Shown: piece by piece, positions 18,045 through 25,620 of the stretch
Layout of the letters: each line of letters opens with the position of its first letter
How positions within the stretch are numbered: the stretch's first letter is position 1
Assembly (NCBI GenBank): GCA_016931595.1
Contig: JAFGEN010000159.1
Span: 1-57,037, forward strand
Source: Candidatus Aminicenantes bacterium
GTDB taxonomy: Bacteria > Acidobacteriota > Aminicenantia > Aminicenantales > UBA4085
Direction of reading: 5' to 3'
Length of the DNA stretch: 57,037 nt
Position numbers and translations under genes: made by a program
Notes under the pieces: generated by a model
The model's input: only the letters and a program-made list of their open reading frames with translations
Told to the model about the DNA's origin: nothing
Database searches by the model: none

Positions 18045-20471
18045 TCATTTCATCGATTTCAGGATCCGCCGGGCGGCCCGGGCTTTCTCGACCTGAGGCG
18101 CGTCTTCCAGCAGGGGGAGGATGATCTCCTTGACAGCCATCGGAAGGACATTTTCCAAAAGCTCCAGGGCGTAGTCCACGGCCCGCTTCGTTCCCTCGGT
18201 ATAGTTCTGCAGGGCTTGGCTGATGTCCGCATGGGGATAAATCAAGCCGAGAAGGAGGAACAACGGCCGGAAATTGCGACTCGGAGCCGCCCGGTTTTCG
18301 GCGTCCCGGCAGGCGCCCTCGACCCAGCAGCGGACTTCCGGCATGATGTCGCGCTCCCGAAACTTGATGCGTTCGTTGCGGGTCCGGAGCTTGAACAGCG
18401 CCTCGATCACCGCTTCGTGAACCTCGGAATCGCGCCGGCGGAGCTGCCGGACCAGGGCCTCGGCCGCCCGGGGCGTTCCGATCTCGGCCAGGACGAAGGG
18501 CAGGGCCTGCCGGACGGCCCGGTCGGCCCGAAAATCGGCCAGCCAGACACGAAGGACAGTTACGGCCTTGTCGCTGTAAGCGGCCAGAGCCTCGCCCGCC
18601 CGGTCGCTGACCGAGGGACGACCCAGGTGGGGTACGATCAGGGGAAGGTATTCGCGTTTTTTCAACCGCCCGGCGCTTTCCAGGGCGTATTGAACCACAC
18701 CCGGCGACTCGTGCCTCAGCAGGAGGGTCAGATTTTCGGTCAGGGGGGCGTCGGCCGGCATCATGCCCAGGGCTTTGGCCACTTCCATCTGGTCGACCTC
18801 CCGGGCGGGGGCCGCGTCGCCGGCGATCGCGTCGAAGGACGGCCGCATGATATTCTGGTAGGCGTCCAAGGCCAGGACTTCCCGGACGGTCACATCGATC
18901 GGCTCCTTGTCGGAAGGCTCCGACCAGTCGGGGCCGAGGGCCTCGGAATCGGCATCGAGCAGCGTATCGAGGGCCGAAGCCCGGACCTCGGCCGACTTGT
19001 CCGACAGGACCTGGCGGAGCTCGGGGGTCAGCTTTTCAGCCCTCAGGAGGTCGAACAGGTTGTAAGCGTAAAGAACGGAGCTCCGCTCCCGGCTTTCCAG
19101 GAGGTCCAGCAACTGCTTGGCCGTCTCCGGCCGGGCCTGCTCCCGGACGAGGCGCTCGGCGTCAGGGCGCGAGGGGACGAGATTTTCCCGGATTGCCGGC
19201 AGGTAGCGCCGCCCGATCCGGGCGAGGATTAAAAACCACACGACGACGATGGCAATCGTCACCAGGCTCATCCGGGCGGCGGGAAAGGCCAGCACGATTC
19301 CAAAGACAACCTGGAGGAGGCTGGCCAGGGCCTCGCCGGTCTTGCTGACAAACATGTCGATCGTCATTTTGGCCTTGGCCTTGATGTCCTGGGGAACCGG
19401 AATGTAGAGTAGCTCCCGGGTGGCTTGGCTGAAGGTGTGGGTCAGGCTCTTGTCCGCGCCTTTCATGAAGATCGCCCAGGAGGCAAACCCGGCCGCCGGC
19501 AGGAGGAAGAACGCCGCCGATCCGGCCGCCAGGAAAATCGGCATCACGAACAAGGCCGCCCGGACGCCCAAAGCCTGGATCGCCCGGTTTGCCAGGAGTG
19601 AATTCAGGAGCCATGAAACGACCAGGACACCGACGGAAAAAACAGCCAGAAAGGATGTCCGCCGGGCCTCTTCATTTTCGAAGGCGGCTTTGACCGCCAG
19701 ATTGAATTGAAAATCGATCATCGTCGAGGCAGCCAGGGCGACGACGATTAGGGCGGCCAGGAGACGAAGATAAGGTTTCCCGGCAACGGTCCGGAAACCG
19801 TCACGGAAATCCGGCGGCCGGCCTGATGCGGCGGCCGGAGCGGAGGGGGCCTGCCGGACCGCAGCCCGGACAAAGACCGTTCCGGCCAGGTAGAACACCA
19901 GGCCGAGGAGGATGAGGTTTCGCGCCGGCATCAGGCGGGAAAGGAACACGACGATGACGGAACCGCAGATGCCTCCCAGAAGGCCCCCGCTGACAAAAAA
20001 ACTGACCAGGTGCTTGGCCCGCCGCGGCGGACAGACGGACCCGACAACGACCCAAAACTGCGTGACGGAAGCCAGGACAAAGATTTCCAGCCAGAACCAG
20101 TAAAGGGCCGGAACAATCGACCGGCCCGGACCGAGGTCGCGGGTCAGCCAGAACAGGAAGAAAAAGGCGGAGGTTCCAAGGGCGAAAAGCCACCGGGTCA
20201 GGGACAGGTAGGCCCGGCGGTCGAGAGAGCGGATTTTTTTCGTGTTCCAGGCCGCAAAGACACCGGTCAGAACCGCCGAGACGAAATAGACGAGCGGCAG
20301 GGAGCCCTTGGTCAGCCCCAAGCCGAGGAACAGCGAGGTCTTCGAAACCTTGGAGACGTAGATCGAGGCCATCAGGAAGAAAAAGTGGGCGAAGAGATAC
20401 CCGACAACCCGCTCCTCCCCGGCCTGAACAGGGGCAAATCGCCGGAGAAAGAATCCGAAGCGGCCTTTCAT
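18045..20471 (-). CDS. TLC/NTT-like (ATP:ADP antiporter family, MFS fold) transporter fused to a C-terminal HEAT-like repeat domain
   Basis: ATG 20471 (MKGRFGFFLRRF...); a TTG at 20489 is also possible. N-terminal ~430 aa polytopic, starting EERVVGYLFAHFFFLMASIYVSK. C-terminal ~350 aa of helical repeats (SAEVRASALDTLL, ESPGVVQYALESAGRL, DRAGEALAAY, VRQALPFVLAEIG). The family call is by resemblance only. Confidence 0.55.
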   Translation of the reverse strand: MKGRFGFFLRRFAPVQAGEERVVGYLFAHFFFLMASIYVSKVSKTSLFLGLGLTKGSLPLVYFVSAVLTGVFAAWNTKKIRSLDRRAYLSLTRWLFALGTSAFFFLFWLTRDLGPGRSIVPALYWFWLEIFVLASVTQFWVVVGSVCPPRRAKHLVSFFVSGGLLGGICGSVIVVFLSRLMPARNLILLGLVFYLAGTVFVRAAVRQAPSAPAAASGRPPDFRDGFRTVAGKPYLRLLAALIVVALAASTMIDFQFNLAVKAAFENEEARRTSFLAVFSVGVLVVSWLLNSLLANRAIQALGVRAALFVMPIFLAAGSAAFFLLPAAGFASWAIFMKGADKSLTHTFSQATRELLYIPVPQDIKAKAKMTIDMFVSKTGEALASLLQVVFGIVLAFPAARMSLVTIAIVVVWFLILARIGRRYLPAIRENLVPSRPDAERLVREQARPETAKQLLDLLESRERSSVLYAYNLFDLLRAEKLTPELRQVLSDKSAEVRASALDTLLDADSEALGPDWSEPSDKEPIDVTVREVLALDAYQNIMRPSFDAIAGDAAPAREVDQMEVAKALGMMPADAPLTENLTLLLRHESPGVVQYALESAGRLKKREYLPLIVPHLGRPSVSDRAGEALAAYSDKAVTVLRVWLADFRADRAVRQALPFVLAEIGTPRAAEALVRQLRRRDSEVHEAVIEALFKLRTRNERIKFRERDIMPEVRCWVEGACRDAENRAAPSRNFRPLFLLLGLIYPHADISQALQNYTEGTKRAVDYALELLENVLPMAVKEIILPLLEDAPQVEKARAARRILKSMK

Positions 20472-20496
20472 CGGCTGGGCCTTCCCCAAGCCCGGC

Positions 20497-20844
20497 TCAG
20501 CTTTTTATAAAGCTCGCGAGGGCTTTCTCCTCATTGTCCTGGATATCCAGGACCCGGGTCAGCTGGGTGACTTGAAAGACCAGGAAGAGGCGGGGCGATA
20601 TGCCGGCCAGCTTCAGCCGCCCGCCGGAGTTTTGGGTCGAAATATAGCTGGCCAGGATCTCGCCGATGCCGAAGCTGTCGATGAACGGGACCTTGGCGAA
20701 ATTCATCAGGATGTCGCGCCGGCCTTCTTCCAATTCTTCCTTGACGTGCTGGTGGAGGGAAACGCCGGGCGCGTCCGAACGTCGGATCTCGCCCTCCAGG
20801 TCAAAGACGACGATATTCTCCCGGTCCCGCTTGGTAATCAGCAT
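20497..20844 (-). CDS. STAS-domain anti-sigma-factor antagonist (SpoIIAA/RsbV-like)
   Basis: 115 aa. Typical FIDSFGIGEIL motif (DSxG phosphorylatable Ser) and C-terminal LKLAGISPRLFLVFQVTQL. Confidence 0.85.
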   Translation of the reverse strand: MLITKRDRENIVVFDLEGEIRRSDAPGVSLHQHVKEELEEGRRDILMNFAKVPFIDSFGIGEILASYISTQNSGGRLKLAGISPRLFLVFQVTQLTRVLDIQDNEEKALASFIKS

Positions 20845-20865
20845 GCACTGGCCTCTTTTTTCAAT

Positions 20866-20894
20866 ACAGTATCGGAACCCGGCGGGGATGTCAA
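20866..20894 (-). promoter_or_regulatory. Candidate sigma70 promoter of the STAS/NTT-HEAT/PP2C operon
   Basis: On the minus strand: TTGACA (20894-20889), 17-nt spacer, TACTGT (20871-20866), then AAGAGG RBS and ATG 20844. Confidence 0.5.
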
Positions 20895-20910
20895 ATGAGA
20901 ACGCTTCTCC

Positions 20911-20941
20911 TTGACTATGCCCGGCCCGAAAGGCATATTAA
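20911..20941 (+). promoter_or_regulatory. Candidate promoter of the phosphatase/kinase-like/NTT operon
   Basis: TTGACT 20911-20916 followed at 17-19 nt by CATATT / TATTAA (20934-20941). The -10 is imperfect. Confidence 0.35.
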
Positions 20942-20963
20942 GAGCCGAGGAGAGGGTTCCGGC

Positions 20964-22103
20964 ATGCCGAGAAGGAGCGAAGCGTCATCCCGGCTGAGAC
21001 GCCTTCGTCCGACTGCGGCTCTCGCTTTGCTCGCCGCCCTTCCGTTTCTCTGTCACTGCTCCCACCGGACCGATATCGCCGTTATCGCTCCGTCCCCGGC
21101 CGGCTCGAGTCCATCCCTGGAAACAACGCCCTTTCCCCCGGCGCCCTATCCGGAGCGCGGCCGGCCCTGCGTCTTCACGGGAGTCGAAACAATCGTCGCC
21201 GTCGGCGACATCCACGGCGCTTACGACGCGTTTGTCGATATCCTGAAAACGATGGGCTTGGTCGACCGCCATCTCCGCTGGACGGGAGGCCGGACGCATC
21301 TCGTCCAGATGGGCGACGTGATGGACCGGGGGCCAAAAGCCCGGGCCGTCATCGACCTCATCCGCCGCCTGGAACGGGAAGCCGAGGAGGACGGGGGAGC
21401 CGTCCATATGCTTCTCGGAAACCACGAAGAGATGAACATCCTCGGCTATTCCTTCGAAACCAAGGGATACGTCACTCCCGAGCAATTCCGCGATTTTCTT
21501 CCCTCCCGGCTCCGAGACCGGAAGGACGCCGAATTCCAGTCCCAGGCCCCCACCTACCAAGAATACAACCGGCTCTGGCAGGAATATATGGACGGCAACC
21601 CCCAGGCCCGGGACCTCTATACCAACACGTTCAACCGAACCTACGGGAGGTGGCTCGCCGGCCGTCCCGTCGTCATCAAGATCAACGACACCGTGTTCGT
21701 CCACGGCGGCCTGACCGAGGCCCTTTCGGTGCTATCCTGCGAGACGATCAATGCCTCGCTCTCTCTCGAATTGGAGCGATACCTGCGGAAAGAGGATTTC
21801 GATTGGGCCTGGATTTACCAGCCCCGGGGCCCGCTCTGGTATCGCGACCTCGCCCTGACCCCCGAGGAGACTCTTCGCGATGAAGTCGACCGCATCCTGG
21901 CCAACCTGAAGGCCCGGGCGATCGTCATCGGCCACTCCCCCGCCCCGGCCTATGGCCTGAATCCCCTCCGGGGCCGGTTCGGGGGCAAGGTTTGGACGAT
22001 CGACACCGGCATCTGGATGAAAGACGGCGGAACGCGGTCCGCCCTGGTTATTAAAAACGATGAAATCCGGTTGATCATGATCGGAAAGGGAGAGGAGAGG
22101 TAG
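20964..22103 (+). CDS. Exported PPP-family (calcineurin-like) metallophosphatase, Ser/Thr-phosphatase type
   Basis: ATG 20964. N-terminal RLRRLRPTAALALLAALPFLCHC signal-like segment. Motifs GDIHG, GDVMDRG, GNHE, VFVHGG, IGHSP. Confidence 0.85.
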   Translation: MPRRSEASSRLRRLRPTAALALLAALPFLCHCSHRTDIAVIAPSPAGSSPSLETTPFPPAPYPERGRPCVFTGVETIVAVGDIHGAYDAFVDILKTMGLVDRHLRWTGGRTHLVQMGDVMDRGPKARAVIDLIRRLEREAEEDGGAVHMLLGNHEEMNILGYSFETKGYVTPEQFRDFLPSRLRDRKDAEFQSQAPTYQEYNRLWQEYMDGNPQARDLYTNTFNRTYGRWLAGRPVVIKINDTVFVHGGLTEALSVLSCETINASLSLELERYLRKEDFDWAWIYQPRGPLWYRDLALTPEETLRDEVDRILANLKARAIVIGHSPAPAYGLNPLRGRFGGKVWTIDTGIWMKDGGTRSALVIKNDEIRLIMIGKGEER

Positions 22104-22107
22104 GAAA

Positions 22108-22944
22108 ATGAGCAAAAGAAGGATAAGGCATCTCGTCTTCGGACTTCTCGTCGCCGGCCTGATTCCGGCCGGGGCGGCGGGCGGGCAAGCTCCCCGGGAG
22201 CCCCAAACAGCCAAGGAGATCGAAGCGTTCCTGAGTTCGGCCCGCGTCGCCTCCGTGGAAAAGGATGCCGAGATGGGGCGATCCCTCCCCTGGCGGGTGA
22301 CCCTTGATGACGGAGAGTTCCAGGCCCGGGCCATGTTCAAGTACATCGACCGCCGGACCGTCCAGTCCTCGCGCCACAGTTACCGGTACGAATTGGCCGC
22401 CTACGACTTCAGCCGCCTCCTTGACCTGGAGATCGTTCCTCCCGTCGTCCTTCGGGACATCGAGGGGTCGCCCGGAAGCCTTCAGTGGTACGCCGAGAAC
22501 TGCCGAAGCGAGCGCGACCGCCGCCGGCTCAACCTGGCTCCTCGCGAACTCGAAGCCTTCCTCCACAGACTCGAAATCGTCCAGATTTTTGAGGCGTTGG
22601 TGAACGACGATTGCGGCGACCAGGACGACACGCTCATTCACAAGGATTCCTGGGAAATTTGCCGGGTCGACTTCTCGGCAGCTTTCCGCCCGTCCCCCTC
22701 TCTTTCCACCGGCTGCCTCGTCCGGCGGTGCTCCCGAACGCTGTTCCACCGGCTCGAAGATTTGAAGCGCCCGGTGATCGCCAACCGGATGAAGCCCTAC
22801 CTGAACGGACAGGAAATCGACGCCCTCTTTCGAAGAGTCCGTCAATTCATCGACCTCATCAAGAACGAAATCCGGGACAAGGGCGAAGCCGCCGTCCTGT
22901 TCGATTTGAAAAATCCGGAGCCGCGGGGAGCGGGCCATGACTGA
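22108..22944 (+). CDS. Signal-anchored PI3/4-kinase-fold protein, paralogue 1 (divergent catalytic loop)
   Basis: Starts 4 nt after the phosphatase stop. N-terminus MSKRRIRHLVFGLLVAGLIPAGAAG. Motifs AMFKY, YELAAYDFSRLLDLEIVPP, ALVNDDCGDQDDTLI and RVDFSAAF align with paralogue 2. Confidence 0.5.
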   Translation: MSKRRIRHLVFGLLVAGLIPAGAAGGQAPREPQTAKEIEAFLSSARVASVEKDAEMGRSLPWRVTLDDGEFQARAMFKYIDRRTVQSSRHSYRYELAAYDFSRLLDLEIVPPVVLRDIEGSPGSLQWYAENCRSERDRRRLNLAPRELEAFLHRLEIVQIFEALVNDDCGDQDDTLIHKDSWEICRVDFSAAFRPSPSLSTGCLVRRCSRTLFHRLEDLKRPVIANRMKPYLNGQEIDALFRRVRQFIDLIKNEIRDKGEAAVLFDLKNPEPRGAGHD

Positions 22945-24340
22945 ACAGGCCGGCGGATCACCCCGCCGTCCGTCCCCGGCCGCCTCAGCGGCCGCCGGTT
23001 TTCTCCGGATGTTCACGGTCATCCGTCCGGAGGAAACGGCCAAGGCCCTCCTCCTCGCCCTGAACAGTTTTTTGATCATCTTCGGCTATTACCAGATCAA
23101 GGCCGTCCGGGAAGGGCTTCTTCTGGCCGCCCACCCGGCCTCGGTCAAAAGCTACCTGGCCATTCCCCAGGCGTTCCTTCTGATATTCGTGATCAAGGCG
23201 TTTTCCCGGGTTTCCTCCAAAGTCCCCCGGCATGTGCTGATCGCCTGGGTCTCGCTGTTCGCCGCCTCCAACCTCCTGGTCTTCATCCTCCTCCACGCCG
23301 CGGGCGTATCCGTCGCCGTCATCGGCCTGGCGTTCTTCATCTGGATCGGGATGTACAATCTCCTCATCCCGGCCCAGTTCTGGGGATTCGCCAACGATCT
23401 ATACGATGAAGCCCAGGGCAAACGGATTTTCCCGCTGATCGCCCTCGGGGCCTCGCTAGGCGGCGTGGCCGGACCGATCGTGGCTCGCCAGCTCATCCCC
23501 CATCTGGGCTCCTACGGGATGATGGCCGTGACGGCGGCCCTCCTGGGCCCCGCCGTCTGGCTGACTTGGAGAATCCATGCCCTTGACCTGCGCGAACATA
23601 GGCGGCTGACGGGCGAAAAGACACCGGCTCAAGCAGCTCCGCTCCAAGCGAAAGGCGGATTCCGGCTGATCTTCACCAGCCGATACCTCCTCCTGATCGC
23701 CCTCATGATGGGCCTCTACAACTTCATCAATGCCCTGGGCGAATATATGTTTTCCGCCCTTCAACAGGAGGTCGCCCTGCGGGAACTGGCGACGGCGGCC
23801 GGCGGCGGGATGGACCTTCAGAAATACATCGGCGTCGCCTTCGCCGGTTATCAATCGCTCGGCAACACAATCGGCCTGTTGATCCAGCTCTTCCTCGTAT
23901 CCCGGATCTTCCGCTGGGTGGGCGTCGCCGGAGCTCTCCTGTTCCTCCCCGTCATCGCCCTGGGCGGCTACGGCTATGCCGCCTTCGGCGCCTCTCTCCT
24001 CCTCTTGAAGTGGATCAAGTCGGTCGAAAACGGCACGGATTATTCGCTGATGAAGACGACCCGATCGGCCCTTTTCCTCGTCACCAGTCGGGAGGAAAAG
24101 TACAAGGCTCAGGCGGCGATCGAAACGTTTTTCGTCCGCGGAGGAGACACGCTCTGCGCCGCCGCGGTTTGGCTGGGGACCGGCGCCCTGGCCTTTTCCA
24201 TCAGGGGCTTCGCGGCTCTCAACGCCGCCGCCGTCATCATCTGGATCGGGCTTTGCCTGTTGATCATCAAGGAATACAAGAGAGTCAAGGCTGCCCGGGA
24301 AGCCGCCCGGATCCCGGCGACCGACGGACCGAGCGAATGA
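22937..24340 (+). CDS. TLC/NTT-like (ATP:ADP antiporter family, MFS fold) transporter
   Basis: ATG 22937 overlaps the upstream stop (ATGACTGA). 467 aa, about 12 hydrophobic helices. N-terminal EETAKALLLALNSFLIIFGYYQIKAVREGLLLA parallels the 18045-20471 paralogue. The family call is by resemblance only. Confidence 0.55.
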   Translation: MTEQAGGSPRRPSPAASAAAGFLRMFTVIRPEETAKALLLALNSFLIIFGYYQIKAVREGLLLAAHPASVKSYLAIPQAFLLIFVIKAFSRVSSKVPRHVLIAWVSLFAASNLLVFILLHAAGVSVAVIGLAFFIWIGMYNLLIPAQFWGFANDLYDEAQGKRIFPLIALGASLGGVAGPIVARQLIPHLGSYGMMAVTAALLGPAVWLTWRIHALDLREHRRLTGEKTPAQAAPLQAKGGFRLIFTSRYLLLIALMMGLYNFINALGEYMFSALQQEVALRELATAAGGGMDLQKYIGVAFAGYQSLGNTIGLLIQLFLVSRIFRWVGVAGALLFLPVIALGGYGYAAFGASLLLLKWIKSVENGTDYSLMKTTRSALFLVTSREEKYKAQAAIETFFVRGGDTLCAAAVWLGTGALAFSIRGFAALNAAAVIIWIGLCLLIIKEYKRVKAAREAARIPATDGPSE

Positions 24341-24374
24341 CAACCCGGCTTGGGACCGGGGAGGAGGACCCATC

Positions 24375-25205
24375 ATGAGCAAAGCGAAAAAGAGGATTTT
24401 TGCGCTGGCGGTTCCGGCGGCCCTGGCCGTCATCCTTGCAGCTCAATTCAACCCGGATGAAATCAGTCGGGACAGGGATTGGGAAGAGTTTCTGTCGAAG
24501 GCCGAGATGACCGTGGAAAAGCAGATGACCGGTCCGGGAGCCGTCACCAATCCGTACAAAATGCTTTTGGAAATGGACGGCCGGAAGCGCTTCGCCGCCT
24601 GGAAAAATCCCCAGGGACGGATGGGGGGAGCCATGGAAGGCTGGATGTGGGAAATCGCCGCCTACCGGCTCGACCGCTGGCTCGGCCTGAACATGGTCCC
24701 CGTGACGATCGAACGGCGTTTTCGGGAAAACAGGGGTTCGCTCCAGCTCTGGGTCGAGGGGACGTTCCCCTACCTGGAGATCATGGAAGGCCGGACCAAG
24801 ATGCCGGGCGGAATGAAGGGCGTTCTCCTCAACCGCCAGGTCTATCTCCAAAGAGCCTTTGACGACCTGATCTACAACGAAGACCGCCATGCCAACAACA
24901 TCCTGATCACCGACGACTGGAGAATGATTCTCATCGACCATTCCCGTTCGTTTCGGACATCGAAGGCCTCGCTGACCACCCTGCTTTACAACCCAAAAAG
25001 CCGAACCCATCCGGGGACCATCTCCGCCCTGCCGTCGGCATTCGTCGAGAAGTTAAAAGCGCTGACCCCGGAGATCGTCCGGACGATCGTCGAATCTTAT
25101 CTGACCAAGAAAGAAATCGAGGCGGTCATGGTCCGCCGCGATTTGATTCTGAAGGAAATCGACCGGTTGATCGCCCTCAACGGGAAAGCCCAGGTTCTTT
25201 ATTGA
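24375..25205 (+). CDS. Signal-anchored PI3/4-kinase-fold protein, paralogue 2 (canonical DRHxxN loop)
   Basis: GGAGGAGG RBS. N-terminus MSKAKKRIFALAVPAALAVILAAQ. Motifs FAAWK, WEIAAYRLDRWLGLNMVPV, LIYNEDRHANNILI and ILIDHSRSF resemble type-II PI4K / PI3-4-kinase catalytic and activation segments. Confidence 0.6.
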   Translation: MSKAKKRIFALAVPAALAVILAAQFNPDEISRDRDWEEFLSKAEMTVEKQMTGPGAVTNPYKMLLEMDGRKRFAAWKNPQGRMGGAMEGWMWEIAAYRLDRWLGLNMVPVTIERRFRENRGSLQLWVEGTFPYLEIMEGRTKMPGGMKGVLLNRQVYLQRAFDDLIYNEDRHANNILITDDWRMILIDHSRSFRTSKASLTTLLYNPKSRTHPGTISALPSAFVEKLKALTPEIVRTIVESYLTKKEIEAVMVRRDLILKEIDRLIALNGKAQVLY

Positions 25206-25620
25206 AGACCTTGCGAAGGACGAGGACATTTTCCCCGCCTTCGCGCCTGTAAGTCAGCTCGTCGGAAAACGTCCGGACCAGGTGAACCCCCAGGCCGCCT
25301 ATTTTCCTGCCTCCAAGGATGTCGTCCAAGGCCGGCGGCGGAGCCGCCAGCGGATTGAAGGGGACGCCGCGATCGCGGATCTCCAGGTAAACCGATTCAG
25401 GCTCCGGCCGGACGGTCAAACGAATCTCCCCGGCCGCGGCAGGATACCCGTAGCGGACAATATTCACGAGGATTTCAAAAAGCGCCAGGTCGAGTTGAAA
25501 CAGGCTTTCGCCGTCGAGGGGCCCTTCCCGCAACCGTCCTTTCAGGAACAGCCGGGCCCGGTCGATCTCGCCCAGTTCGGCGGGAATCGTTAGGCTGTCC
25601 GGCCCTTCGTCCGCGCTCAT
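25177..25620 (-). CDS. RsbW/SpoIIAB-like anti-sigma serine kinase (HATPase_c)
   Basis: 147 aa. N-box EILVNIVRYG, G1 IRDRGVPFNP, G2 GGLGVHLV. The 3' end overlaps the convergent 24375-25205 gene by 29 nt. Its start overlaps the stop of the GT9 gene lying upstream of it on the minus strand (ATGA). Confidence 0.8.
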   Translation of the reverse strand: MSADEGPDSLTIPAELGEIDRARLFLKGRLREGPLDGESLFQLDLALFEILVNIVRYGYPAAAGEIRLTVRPEPESVYLEIRDRGVPFNPLAAPPPALDDILGGRKIGGLGVHLVRTFSDELTYRREGGENVLVLRKVFNKEPGLSR

